A DNA stretch of 64,000 nt, taken from assembly GCF_006345805.1 (NCBI RefSeq), contig NC_043015.1, forward strand, positions 50,096,001 to 50,160,000, in the 5' to 3' direction. The stretch comes from Octopus sinensis (taxonomy: Eukaryota). Below, piece by piece: positions 39,301 through 52,661 of the stretch. A program made the position numbers and the translations under genes. Within the stretch, counting starts at the first letter, position 1; each line of letters opens with the position of its first letter. Under the pieces are notes generated by a model. That model was not told where the DNA came from, searched no databases, and saw only the letters and a list, made by a program, of their open reading frames with translations.

Positions 39301-41295
39301 GCATCTCCATTGTTTATTTCACTTCATAAGTTTAGGGGAGTAAAAAGGATTTTTTTTTAAAAACCAGAATGAAACGTGTCCACCAACGAATATTAAAAAA
39401 TATAATTTAACATACCTGGACTGCCTAAAAATTGTGATTCTTTTTATAAAATTCTTTTCTTTAAGCTTATAAACTTTCCAGTATTTCCTTTGTTTTGTTT
39501 GTAACAAAAATTCGTTAGTATTTTTATAGATTATAATTAAAATTGCATAAATTTAAAAATTGGATGCTTTTTCGAAAATTCGGTTTTAAAAGCTGCCAGT
39601 TATCTCCCTTGGACATTTTTAAAACTGTTTCTGAGACAAGCAGAAACTTGGGATATTTTTATTAGATTAATTAAAACAATTAAATAAACTTTCATTTTGC
39701 ATAGCTTTTATTTAGTAAATAAATAAATAAAAATTTTACAGACTGTGTTCTTTAAGATAATTTTTTTTTCATATATATTAAAATGATTAAATCTTGTCCC
39801 ACTCTGCAGTGAATAAATATTTAATCCAACTACTTGGAGTATTTCAAATTTTCTACGCTCACGACGAAAATGACTTTCATTTTTTTTTTTTTCTTGAAAT
39901 AAATAATTAAAAAGTTCCAATTATTTAAAGTTATGTAATTTTAATCAATCAGAAGTCTCCGTTATAAAAAAATATTCAGGTGAAAATTTGATATATTTTG
40001 AGTGATTGGAAAAAAATTTATATTTGTTCTTCAATTAATTTTCTAGATAATCAAGATTTTGAAATGGTTTAGTAAAGTATCTAACAGAAATATCGATATA
40101 TTTCTGATGATGTTGATCAACGGATAATTTCGTTATAATTCATTCTTGCAATAATGAGATTTATAGATTGAGATATAAATAGGAACACAGACGGAAAGCT
40201 ATCAAAATAGGATCGTTATTGACAAGTCAGAAAACACGTTCTTCTAAGATAGTTTTAAGAGAACTTCGGATTTGTTATTTTAAATGATAATACAGTTACT
40301 GACGATGAACAACGGCATCGACAGCGTTATTCATATATTTTTTTCTCTTCAAGACTGTTTATTCATTCTAACGTTGGTCCACTGATTATATAAACTCCGT
40401 CTGTGTGCATGTATGTATATATCCATAAATTTATACACAGTTAATAAGAGCTGGCTTTTAGAAATAGGAGTTATATAACCATACTGTGTTGTAGATGTGT
40501 GTTGATGAAAATTCTCTGCTCTGGCCTCTGTAGGAGGATATCTGAAGGCGATGTGATCGGACCATTCGTCGAATAACTGTTTGAATAGATAAATAAAGCA
40601 CGTTATTTGAGATGAAAAATCACCAGTCCACTGCAACTGAAGCATTCTCTACTGCACGGACCGTGAATGAATTTGGTCGACGGAAACTGTACAGAATCCT
40701 GTAGTGTATGTGTGTGTGTGATTGCCTACCATCAACACTTGACAACCAGTGTTGGTTTATTTATACGGGTTCAAATCCTTCCAGATTCAATATTTGTTTA
40801 TTTTCTTCCCTCAGGTCAATTACATCTAAGTTCTTTGTTCAGTTGACTAATCATTAGAGCATTGTAAAAAAATTTTCTTTGCAGCGTTTGTCCCAGCTCT
40901 TTGCATTCTGATTTCAATTCCTGCTGAGGTCAACTTTGCCTTTCATTCTTCCAGGGTCGATAAAATAAAGTACCACTCAAGTGTTGGGTCAGTGAAACTC
41001 CTGAATCCCTTAAAAAATTGTTGGCTTTATGCCCTAATTAGAAACAAGTATTATTATTATTATTATCATTAGGGCGGCAAGCTGGCTGAATCGTTAGTAT
41101 GCCAGTCTAATGCTTTACGGCATTTCATCCATCTTTACGTTCTAAGTTCAAATTCTGCCAAGGTCGACTTCGCCTTTCATCTTTCAGGGTTGATAAATTA
41201 AGTACCAGTTAAAAACTGGGGGTTAGTGTAATCGACTAGTCCTCTCCTCCCAAATTTCAAGCCTTGTGCCTTTAGTAGAAAGGATTATTATTATT

Positions 41296-41552
41296 GAGTG
41301 AGAGAGCAGTGCATGCCATCAAAGTGACACTGGAGTAAAATATATGATGCCCAGTATACCCATCATGACTACCCGTCTGATAAGGGTACACTAGGCACAC
41401 GCATCACAACCATATGTGCATGACACTGCGATCCCATATCAAGACAAACAGTGCATGACCTTGCAGGTGGATCCCAGTTAGAATTTTCTTCAGGTCAAGT
41501 AGCCCAAGGTCCCTAAATAAAGATTGTTTAAGGATGTTGGACAAAACACGCA
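41296..41552 (-). mobile_element. Truncated third copy of the (AAT)n-embedded element
   Basis: Same 3' end (gagtgagagagcag) abutting (ATT)n; the other half is missing. Confidence 0.75.
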
Positions 41553-42146
41553 TGCTACCTGACTGGTCCCATGCTGGTGGCACTTAACAAGCACCATTTG
41601 AGCGTGATCATTGCCAGTGCCACCTGACAGGCTCCTGTGCTGGTGGAACGTAAACAGCATCATTCGGGTGTCATTGTTGCCAGTGCTGCCTGACTGGCTC
41701 CCTGCCGGTAACACCATTCAAGCCAGTGGCACATAAAAGCACCACTACACAGTGGTTGGCATTAGGAAGGGCACCTTGCTGTAGAAACATTGCCAGATCG
41801 GATTGGAGGCTGATGCAGCCTTCTGGCTCTCCAGCCCTCTGTCAAACTGTCCAACCCATGCCAGCACAGAAAGCAGATGTTAAATGACGACAATGATGAT
41901 GATTATTAAGGTGGCAAATTGGCAGAACCATTAACACTTCAGGAAAAATGCTTAGTGGAATTTTGTCCGTTTTTATGTTCTGAATTCAAATGCCACTGAG
42001 TATGACTTAGCTTTTCATCATTATTGGGATCAGTAAATTAAGTACCAGTCAAATACTGGGGTTGATATGATCGTCTATGCCCCCCCCCCTCACAAATTTC
42101 AGGCCTTGTGCCTATAGTAGAAGGGAATATTATTATTATTATTATT

Positions 42147-42816
42147 AAAGTAGACATCGCACAGTATACAATATCCTAAAGTTATTGTTTGAAGATATCA
42201 TGTCTACTGGAAAGGCGGCGAGCTGGCAGAAACGTTAAAACACCAAGTGAATTGCTTAGTGGTATTTCATCTGTCTGTACGTTTGGAGTTCAAATTCCAG
42301 CAAGGTCAACGTTGCCTTTTATGCTTTCAGGGTGAATAATTTAAGTACCAGTTGCGTACTGGGATCGATCTAATCAACTGGCACCCTCCCCCAAAACTTT
42401 TGGGCTTGTGCCTAGAGTAGAAAAGGATATTGTGTCTACTGGGGGTTTGTAACGTTTGTCAAGTCACAACAAGGACCTCAGACAGACACGACTTTATGCA
42501 ATATGCATGCAGTTCCAAGTAATGCTGACTTTCACGATACACCTAGATTGTAAGGTATTTCTAAAGTTTCCAGATGTTTCTTCAGGTTGGGTGGTATTGA
42601 ACCCAATGCTCTGATGACAATAGGGACAACCTTTATATTTGACTTTCGTAGCTACCACAACTTAGCAATCTCAATTCTCAGGTCTCCATATTTATCAACC
42701 TTTGATCTTTCTTTCATGATGCTATGTTGATCTAGCACTGCTACGTCAATTATTAGGCACTCTTGTTTGTCCCTCCTAAAGGTTACTATATCCGTCCTTC
42801 TATGCTCTAATACCTT
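42147..42816 (-). mobile_element. R4/Dong-like non-LTR retrotransposon, 5'-truncated (endonuclease plus 3' UTR), flanked by (AAT)n
   Basis: KVLEHRRTDIV..CLIIDVAV..KVDKYGDLRIEIAKLW*..KVVPIVIRALGSIP..KSALLGTACIL is a restriction-like endonuclease domain. (TAT)n at 42128-42146 and 42815-42839. Interrupted by a family A SINE (42211-42425) with a 17 bp TSD. Confidence 0.8.
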
Positions 42817-43095
42817 ATTATTATTATTATTATTATTATGATGCCAGTTACCAGCCTCCATGCTGGTGGCATGTAAAAAGCACCATCCGATCATGGCCGT
42901 TTGCCAGCCTCGTCTGGTACCTGTGCCGGTGGCACATAAAAAGCACCCACTACACTCATGGAGTGATTGGCGTTAGGAAGGGCATCCAGCCATAGAAACA
43001 TTGCCAGATCAGACTGGGCCTGGTGCAGCCTTCTGGCTTCCCAGACCCCAGTTGAACCGTCCAACCCATGCTAGCATGGAAAGCGGATGCTAAAC

Positions 43096-43126
<31 letters not shown>

Positions 43127-43459
43127 ACTGCCTTCCCTAATCCCAACCATGTTACAGAGCACTTAGTACACTTTGTGAAGTAGTTGTTCTTAGGAATGTC
43201 ATCTGGTCTTAGAAACCACGGCAAAACTGAATTGTATTGGTCTTGGTGGCAGTAAACCTGAAAAGGATCTGATGCGGATTATGAAGACCTGTCCCGCCAG
43301 TGCCAGATCGTGGAAACTGGCATAAAATAATGTTGTTAATGATGGTGGTGAAATGGCAGGAAACATTGTTTGTCAACAGTGGAGAGAAAAAAAAAAATGA
43401 CTGTTACCTATCTTTTCCAGTATTGGAATTGATAATTAATCTTCTTCTTTTTTTTTTTT

Positions 43460-43770
43460 GCGTTGAGATGGAGTCCCATATCATGCCAACAAGGTATTAG
43501 AAGCTTTGCAAAGAACCTTCTTGAGTCACATCACTAAAATGTGTTGCTCAAAGCCCTGACCTTAATCCAATGAAACTCATATGGGTACATCTTGGTAGAA
43601 GGTTGTGACCAAGATGGTTGACAATTCCATCAAAGAAAGAGCTGAAATAAGCATCAGCTGAAGAATGGATGAACATGGATTAAACCTGTCATTGATAATT
43701 TAATCAAATCCATGGTTAATCTGGTGAAAGCTATAATATTAGGTAAAGGAGGGTCCTACAAAATACTGGG
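43460..43770 (+). mobile_element. Tc1-family transposase C-terminal remnant
   Basis: DGVPYH..AQSPDLNPMKLIWVHLGRR (43546 onward) and IDNLIKSM..AIILGKGG match the Tc1 SPDLNPIE.W and C-terminal motifs. Confidence 0.75.
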
Positions 43771-45633
43771 ACAAACTTTCATTCATTTTGGATAATGTTT
43801 GATGAAATTATTAAATGCTATATTATCATCATCATTATCGTCTTTATTTGATATCTGTTTTCCATGATAGCCTGACAGGAACTGGTGATGTTAAGGGGCC
43901 GCACCAGGTTCCAGAGTCTGTTTTGGCTTGGTTTTTCTGGCTGGATGTCCTTCCTAATGCCAACCACTTTATTGAGTATATTTGGTGCTTTTAGATGGTA
44001 CCACATCACCAGTGCTTTTTATGTGGCTAAAAGCTACATTAACATGGCCGTTTATTATTCCCATGGCTATAAATTTAATGCAGGCTACTGTGTACTTCAT
44101 ATACTTCATATTTAACAATATAAACATACAATATTCATAAAGGTACATGGCTTTGTGGTTAGGGTGTTGCACTTACAATTGCAAAACTGTGGTTTCAATT
44201 CCCAGTCTGGCAATGCATTGTGCTTGAGCAAAACACTTCATTTCATGTTGCAGTGTTTTCATAATTCAACTGTAAATGAATAACCCTACAACGGGCTGGC
44301 ATTCCATTCAGGAGAAATATTGACCTGTCCATCTAACCACTGGAGCGGCATTATTTAAGAATCTGGTCAACATACTGTCAGAGTGGTTTAAATGTATAAG
44401 ATATATTAAGTTAAACATATAAATATAATACATAAACATTTATTCATATCTGGTTGCTTCTGGGAATATTTAATCAGACTGATTTCTTAACAGAGCTTAT
44501 ATTGATTAGAATTATATGTAATTAGTGAAAAAGATTAATTGCAAGCCACAGTAATTAAGTTTACCAGTCAGTACGGAGGATAACAAATTTTCTAATATCT
44601 AATCAAAAAAGGTAGCCAGAAAGGGTTGTTTTTTGTTTCTTTCTTTCTTCGTTTTTTTTTTGTTTCTTTTTATTGATTAGAACAAGTTATGCACCTAACT
44701 TGACCGTTTTTTTGCCTGTCCGAAGTATTTTCATAGGTTTGTCCTAAACATCCATGTTATTTTCAGACTTGGTTAACCCTTGTTTTATACGTTCTGAGTA
44801 ACTTAAAGCTTTCTTTTCATAAGTCCCAAGTTTCTCGGGTGGTTGAAATAAAATATGATGCATGGGTGCCAAAGAAATGTCCTGTATATCATATGTGGTA
44901 CATAGAATAGGTAAAAGGTTAATCAGGTAGACGGTTAATCACGTAAAAGGTTAATAGGTTAAAGTTAATGGGTCCTTACATATTGTTGTTGCTCTCGTTT
45001 AATTTTGTTATACTTCACTGTTTTTGTGACTGCACAGGCATAGCTGTGTGGTTAAGAAGTTGGTTGCCCAACGGCATGGTTATGGGTTCAGATCCACTGT
45101 GTGACACTAAATGTCTTCCACTATGGCCCAGAGCCAATCGAAGCTTTAGGAATGGATTTGCCTGATTGGAAACTACAAAAAGTTCACTACTCATGCCACA
45201 CGCTCACACATGTGTGTGTCTATCCTTATCTTGGCATCGTACAATAGTTGTAAACGAGTGTCACTGTCATACAAGCAGTGTCCATCATGTTTCATGGAAA
45301 CATGTCCAGCTACAGGGAAATATTACTTTGCTTAGAAACAGGGGAAGGTTGGTGACAGGAAGGGCATCCAGCTATAGAATATCTACCTCAACAATTTCTG
45401 TCTGATTCATGCAGGCATGAAAAAGAGAAGGATTAAAATAATGATGGTGATGATGATGATGATGGGCTAGTTATTGGTGTAGCAATGGCAGCTCTTTTTC
45501 TGGAATATTCTTCTCACTGTAGATTTACAATATTCTTGAAGGTTGATCATGATACAATCAAAGAGACTTGTTTAATGTTTCAATGGCTGGTTTAATTCAA
45601 GGTTATATATTTATACACCTCTCTCCACACACA

Positions 45634-45677
<44 letters not shown>

Positions 45678-45684
45678 GCACATA

Positions 45685-45935
45685 TTGGGTGGTGCATAAT
45701 TATTGCGGATTTTTTTTTCAACAAATTTTATTCAACAAAAACAATAACAGCATGTTGCAAAAACATCTTTAAATGATTATTCCGGAGCATATTCACCATC
45801 TACTTCAATTACTGTTTCCCATTTGCTTGGCAGATGGTCAGACCATCATTTAAAGATGTTTTTGTTAAATATTGTTATTATTTTTGTTGAATAAAATTTG
45901 TTGAAAAAAGCTGCAATAATAATGTACCAACCTAA
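45685..45935. mobile_element. Mariner-derived MITE with long inverted arms and TA TSD
   Basis: ta|ttgggtggtgcataattattgc...gcaataataatgtaccaacctaa|ta; arms about 90 bp. The centre encodes LPSKWETVIEVDGEYAPE* on the minus strand, a mariner C-terminus. Confidence 0.8.
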
Positions 45936-46400
45936 TATATATGCACACACACACACACACACACACACATCTGGTTAGAAAATTTAATAAATGAAATTGA
46001 GTTCTATGAAGAAATAAAATCACAATCTCAATCAATTTTTGAATTATGCAAGGTTTTTTTTAAAAAATTTAATTTCGGTTATTAAAAAAAATATATATAT
46101 TTTCAAAACTGATTTGAATTATGAAAATCCTGCATTAACATCATCCCCAGTATCATTATATCTGATTTCCTTATAATTATGAACTTAATGAGTTTATAGT
46201 TTTATGTATTGTCATATGTTCTTGATTGTCTGTGAAGCTCAACTCTTGATCATGTCACTTCTTCCCAATGCCAATAAAAAATTTCTTTTAAATATTTGAT
46301 TGAAATTTGTCATATCCGTTTGTAGCACATTGGTGAGAGATTCAGAAGGAAAATTACTATTTTTAAATCTCGCAAAGTGAGATATTCAGCAACAGTACTT

Positions 46401-46672
46401 TGTAGTAAAGATTGTTTACCAACATAACATGACAGTCCAGGTTTAGGATGAATATTACTGTAATTTAGCCCCAGGAGACATTGTCTCCAGCTGGCTATAC
46501 GACACGATCTGTGTCCTTACATTTACGAAACAATTCCCTTGTTTCGAAAATGTAAGGACACAGATCATGTCGTATAGCCAGCTGGAGATGATGTCTCCGG
46601 GGGCTAAATTACAGCAACATTCGTCCTAGACTGGGACTACCATGTTTATGTTGGCAAACAATCTTTACTACA
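46401..46672. repeat. Long palindrome (arms about 133 bp, 5 nt loop)
   Basis: tgtagtaaagattg...cgaaacaa-ttccc-ttgtttcg...caatctttactaca. The core tagccccagg..ctccagctggctat is shared with 12575-12632. Confidence 0.9.
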
Positions 46673-47249
46673 GATTCTGAAGGGTTCGTTAGTCTAAAGA
46701 GTGGTGTGTTAAGTTACTAGTAAGATCCAAATGAGTGATTCTGAAGGGTAGCTCATTAAAATACAAATGCATAATTCTGAAGGGTGGATCTATAGGCCCT
46801 GCCTACTAGATTTTTGTTGGTTTGCATCTTGTTGTTAGTGTTGTTTTACGTGTCCTGGGCAAAATTAACTCTTGCTAGCTCAGTGCTCCTAGCTGTAAAT
46901 AAGTACCATGAAGATGCACAATTCATTGTTTTAAGTCATGAGTATAAATATATAAGCTGTGAGCAGTCTTTGGTTAGTTTGTGACATTAGGCTGATAATG
47001 TCCCATGGGATTACTTAGAGAGGGGAGATAAATAGCTGCACATCTTCCATTACATGATGAACCTCTGTGACATGTGGTTGATTGATATGCAAGAAACAGT
47101 AGGTAGTAGTCCCCTATAAAGTCACTGATGTGAGACTGCTGTTGGGTGAACATGAATCTGTAAATGGTATGTTGATCTTGTGAGGCAGATTAATTGCTTT
47201 CAGTAGTTAAGTTTCTAACAGTGACATCCAAATCTGGTTTAATCTTGGC

Positions 47250-47419
47250 CAGGGGTCTCCAAAGTGGTTGATATTGACCCCTGGGGGTTGATAAATGCCT
47301 GAAACTGCACATCTACTTAATTACTATTATTTATTTATTTTCTTGTACATGCTTGGGGGTCGATTAGGGGTCAAGAATGCCATGAAGGATCAATGGCCTA
47401 AAAAGTTTGGAGACCCCTG
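47250..47419. mobile_element. hAT-superfamily MITE
   Basis: TIR caggggtctccaaa/tttggagacccctg; 8 bp TSD atcttggc/ctcttggc. Confidence 0.85.
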
Positions 47420-49250
47420 CTCTTGGCTATGATAATCCTCTTCTTGAGTAACTTTTACCTTTTATAACATTTATTCAGAAAATTTGATAAGCAAGCAAAT
47501 GAGAAGGTCACTATATGGTTTGCACATCTTGCTAGGAATAGCAGCCAAATATACTTCAAATCCAACCCAACTGTCTGAAAATGAAAGGATGCATTAAATA
47601 ATATCTGAGATATCCCTAAAAATGACAGAGTGGTCATGGTTGGAATACTTTCGGTCATAAGTTTGCCCAATCGGAGTTGATCTGGTATTAACATACAATT
47701 ATCAGAAGAAATTTTGATGGGAAAATATTAAATCCATTGTACTTTACTGGATGTCTTCACACATGATTTAAACAAGGTGGGTGTTACAATGTCTTGTGAC
47801 AACAATAGTAGCTGTTTTGAAGACTGAACAGTCTACATTAATGAGAGTATTATGCTGTTTAGTGTGTGCGAAATAAATTGTGTTATCTCATTTAATATTC
47901 CCATCTGATGTGCCTGTAGCAGTGATTTGAAACCTAGCCATTAGATACTTGATTAGACATCATGAGCAAACCACCATAAATTCATGTGGTCAGTCTATTA
48001 TTTGACAAATTAGCATGAGGCTGTGATGGGTTATGGTTTTCTCAAACGGTCTAGAATTTACCTTCTGGTGCCCTACAAAAACCGCTTTTGGTGCTTTTTA
48101 AAATTGTAGTGTTGAATCCAGCTGGCTGACTCATGCCTCCACTCCTGCCATGAGCATTTGCACAGACAGCTCCAGGTTCTCAGAAAGACCATTCTGAACA
48201 TTCATATGTCTCAGAAGTAACTTCTACAGATGTGGCATGGCTTCTCTCTCTCTCTCTCTCTCTCTCAGCTGGCAATTATTAACATTGTTCACCAAATATC
48301 ATTATGTCCAGCAATGAATATTTTGGTTAAATGTTTGTGGGTTTGCTTCTTCAGTCATTATTCTTCAACCAGCAAAATAAAACCCCATTTCGCTCTATTC
48401 AAGCGACAGCTACCAACAACCTCAGCGACATTCCTTAACTTGGTAACATAAAACAAATAGGTTAAAATGAATATATCCTGTTTAACGTATTCCCAAGAGA
48501 ATGTGAATTTCTCTTATGCTAATATTATTGTATTTACTTGTGTACGAGGCAAGAGATTTGATATAAAACTTTGGGGAGTGAACAAGAAATCATTGTCATC
48601 ATCATAACATTCGATTTGTCATGGGAAATTTTGAAGCAGTTTCTTTTTTTTTTATGGTTGGATACTCTTCCTGTCACCAATCCATACCTGTTTCCAAGTC
48701 AGGTTATATTCCGCTTTGTCCTTTTGATCTGCAAACAACTTGGTGACCGGACATTCCTTGGCAGTCATATTGTAAACAAGCAACACCGTTTTTGTGTGGC
48801 AATGGTTCTTGTTTATATTTAGTATGCACATATCAAGATGGGAAACCTATGCTCTCTCAGATCCACATCCGTGCATGTGTGTGCATGCATGCATGTGTGT
48901 ATTACAGGCTTCTTGTTTCTGTCTGCTAAATTTCACTCATAAGGGATTGGCGAACCTACTCTTGCAGTAGACAGCATCTATCTAACAGGAGCAAACTTCG
49001 AACCGCTTGGTTCCAAAGCTAATTTCTTAACCAAATAGCCGATCCTGTGTCTTATAAAATGGATAAAATATATTACCGATTTTTAGTTGCAAAGACTAGC
49101 CCTCAAGAAGTTGCTCAAATTGGTCCAATGTACTGTTTGTCCACCGGACAAATTCTTCTTTTGTATAAAACATGTTGTTAGTATTCCATCAGTAAATAAC
49201 ATTTATTTCAAACTTCATAACAAATTCTTTATTTCTTGTAAATATCTTTA

Positions 49251-49682
49251 ATAGGAGTGGCTGTGTGGTAAGTAGCTTGCTTACCAACCACATGGTTCTG
49301 GGTTCAATCCCACTGTGTGGCACTTTGGGCAAGTGTCTTCTACTATAGCCTCGGGCCAACCAAAGCCTTCTGTGTGGATTTGGTAGACGGAAACTGAAAG
49401 AAGCCTGTCGTATATCTATATATATTTATATATATATATATATGTATATATGTATATGTATGTGTGTGTATATGTTTGTGTGCCTGTGTTTGTACCCCCA
49501 ACATCGCTTGACAACCGATGCTGGTGTGTTTATGTCCCCCGTAACTTAGCGGTTCAGCAAAAAGAGACCAATAGAATAAGTACTAGGCTTACAAAGAATA
49601 AATCCTGGGGTCGATTTGCTCAACTAAAGGCGGTGCTCCAGCATGGCTGCAGTCAAATTACTGAAATAAGTAAAAGAGTAAA
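49251..49682 (+). mobile_element. SINE family B, full length, just upstream of exon 2
   Basis: Full match to 22073-22460; further copies at 50917-51300 and 58029-58398. Confidence 0.85.
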
Positions 49683-49890
49683 AACCAAACATTTTGTAAG
49701 ATTTTAGGTCTGAGTATAAACCTTGCCAGAACATTTCGGCATTGGTACTGCTCTAACATTACCATTCTTGTTAAATAATTTTCATCTCTAATTAGTATAT
49801 TTTTTAATGATAGATTTTTGTTTATTTTTTAAGTACCTTTCCTATTTTTACTATATTTTATTTTGTTTTCTTTGTCTTTTTTTATTCCAG

Positions 49891-50031
49891 CTTTGATCAC
49901 CATCTTCTATGTAATATTCTATGGATTTCTTGCTGGTTTCTTTACTGCCACGATTGCTGTCTTTTATACTACAGTAGATGCTCAATTTCCAAAACTTCAA
50001 GGAAAATCTAGTCTTCTTAAGGGGAGTCCAG
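49891..50031 (+). CDS. ATP1B: Na+/K+-ATPase beta subunit, coding exon 2 (transmembrane helix)
   Basis: Polypyrimidine tract plus ccag acceptor; 141 nt, phase 1-1. Encodes (A)LITIFYVIFYGFLAGFFTATIAVFYTTVDAQFPKLQGKSSLLKGSP(G), containing the conserved FY..FY..LA TM motif. Donor G|gtaagc. Joins exon 1 in frame. Confidence 0.95.
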
Positions 50032-50334
50032 GTAAGCTGTATAAATTTATTTATTCAGATAAGCACAATAACCAAAATTTTCTGTTTTGTGTTCAAACTG
50101 GCCAGATCTGGCCTCTCAGACCAACCCTACAATATTATTCTAAAGATTAACAGTTACCTCATCAAAATCTCAAAGCTACAAAATAATACATGATTCATTC
50201 AAAACGATGTGAATAAATAAGCATTAATTTTAATAGAATAATGTGAATGCTAAAAGGTTTACGATCTTCAAATGTTGAGAAAAGAACGGGCAAGATGTTG
50301 ACCTCAAAGTTTTGGTTACTACCACATTATAGAT

Positions 50335-50535
50335 CAGTGCTTTTCAAACTTTTTGCTGGAGCGGAACCCCAAGGAAACATTCCACTGGCTCGAGGAACCC
50401 CTGTGCAATAATTTAATAGTCTTATGCACAAATATCTGCACAGGAGAATTAAAAATTACTGCCAATTTTAGCTGTTTTGTAACTTCTTGCGGAACCCCTG
50501 GACTGTACTGGTGGAACCCTGGTTGAAAACCACTG
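50335..50535. mobile_element. hAT-superfamily MITE
   Basis: TIR cagtgcttttcaa/ttgaaaaccactg; 8 bp TSD ttatagat/ttattgat. Confidence 0.85.
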
Positions 50536-52661
50536 TTATTGATATACACACTCTGGGCTGACCAGGCACGAAACAATGCCAGCCATGTGTTGGTAAACTT
50601 CAAGGGAGGTCCTAATGAAGCTGTTACGGAAATGCGAAAATAGGAAGTTACCAAAGAAACTGAAAATCTTCCACTAAAAAAACAAATTGAAGTAGCATGT
50701 TGACTAAGCACCATAACTCTTGACTAAAAGAAAATAAACCCTTTATTTTCTTTTTTTTTGTTGCTTTTTTTTTCATATGAAGCATGAGATTAGAATTTTT
50801 AATCAGATGTATTTTCAAATATGGCTCATAATTGAACTAAATGAACTTTGTTTTTTTTGTGCACTTATATTGATAAATATCTATTTCCAAGCAAGAAAGA
50901 AGTAGAAAAAAAAACAGTAAGTAGCTTGCTAATCAACCACATGGTTCCGGGTTCAGTCCCACTGCGTGGCATCTTGGGCAAGTGTCTTCTGCTATAGCCC
51001 CGGGCCGACCAATGCCTTGTGAGTGGATTTGGTAGACAGAAACTGAAAGAAGCCTGTCGTATATATGTATATATATATATGTATGTGTTTGTGTGTCTGT
51101 GTTTGTCCCCCCTAGCATTGCTTGACAACTGATGCTGGTGTGTTTACGTCCCCGTCACTTAGCGGTTCGGCAAAAGAGACTGATAGAATAAGTACTGGGC
51201 TTACAAAGAATAAGTCCCGGGGTCGATTTGCTCGACTAAAGGCGGTGCTCCAGCATGGCCGCAGTCAAATGACTGAAACAAGTAAAAGAGTAAAGAGAGT
51301 AACAAGCAGTCTGAACTTGTTCTATAAAAATTATAATCAGCTTATTGGAAAACAGTTTTTCGAATTAACAGTATTGAACAGGGAAATCAATATGCCAATA
51401 GTGTAAGTGAGGCTTTACTTGTTCAATTTATTAATCTCATAAGGCTGTCAATATTTGATCTGTGAATTTGACACCAAAATCTTGGTTGGTGATCATGTAT
51501 AAGTAAATAACAATGTGTATGTGTGTGCTTTTGACCTGTCAATAAATGTGAAAAATTACTGAAGCGTTGTACCAAGCTGGATCCAGAGGGCTGTAACATG
51601 GATTGCCAGCCAGTATAACGACAAATGAACCTCTAAGTTTTGCTGAAAAAGTTTACATATTTGGGAAGTACAATTTCTGATAGCAGCAGTTTGGATGTGG
51701 AGGAGGTGAACTGTAATTCCTTTTGGGAAATTCATTTATTGAATATGGAAAAAACATGACTCAAAAAATTTCAACAAAATGCTAAGTTTACCCAACAGCA
51801 GTACTAACCTCTCCATTGTATTACTCTGTGATCAACAAACTGTATTATTGGCGTATGAAATAGCTGATGAGCTGTTTGTTATACTAGCTATGATCTATAT
51901 TGAACATTTCCTGGTGAGACTATCTCCAACCAGGATGCCCTGCAGTGCCTGTGGAAATATGGTTACTGTTGAGTCTTTATTCATAGAGTCACAGTTGTGT
52001 TGGCTGGGGACAAGATTTGTATGGAAGGCACTAATGATCCCCCAAGGCTGTGTTTTACAATGAACATATGGAAACTAATAAAGGTGTCTGAAACCTCCAT
52101 TATCAGGACGTTGTCAAAGGACAGCTCAGTGTAGGAACTGACTTCATTGCCATTGTATGGGAGATGACAGTGACTGATAGAAAATCATAGTGGGGACTAT
52201 AAAGAAAGCGGTAGATGTTACAAAGTCAGATCAGATGAAACAACAGGAAGAAAAGGAAAAAGAGGAAAGTTTAGAATGAGATTCACTGCACCAAGACTAC
52301 TGACAGTATTCTGGAATATCTGGAGCCAAAACTGAGCCAGTACTTTTGGTCTACAATTCCACAGAAGAGGTCCATCTTAGACCAAAACACGTATATGCAA
52401 TGTTGGAGTTTTGTCTTTTTGTTTTCTTCATTACTACCAAATAAACCACTAGCCCTTTACCATTTAAACAGGCCATATCTGGCTTCTCTTACCTACCCTG
52501 TAATGCCATTCTAAAAAAAAAAATTCTATTACGTTATTGAAATCTCAAAGCTACAAGATCATGCATGATCAATTCAAAACAATGGATAATTAAGCATTTC
52601 ATTTGATAGAGGAGTCTGAATACTTAGGCATTAATTATGGTGATTCTATAATTGAATTTTC

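Noticed and set aside
23603-49890. Alternative first coding exons or nested genes in intron 1
   Set aside because: No second GRT..SW-type exon or recognisable host-protein ORF was found by eye; short or non-coding exons cannot be excluded.
49863-50150. 95 aa ORF as a standalone membrane protein
   Set aside because: Only 49891-50031 is real (exon 2); the flanks are intron read-through.
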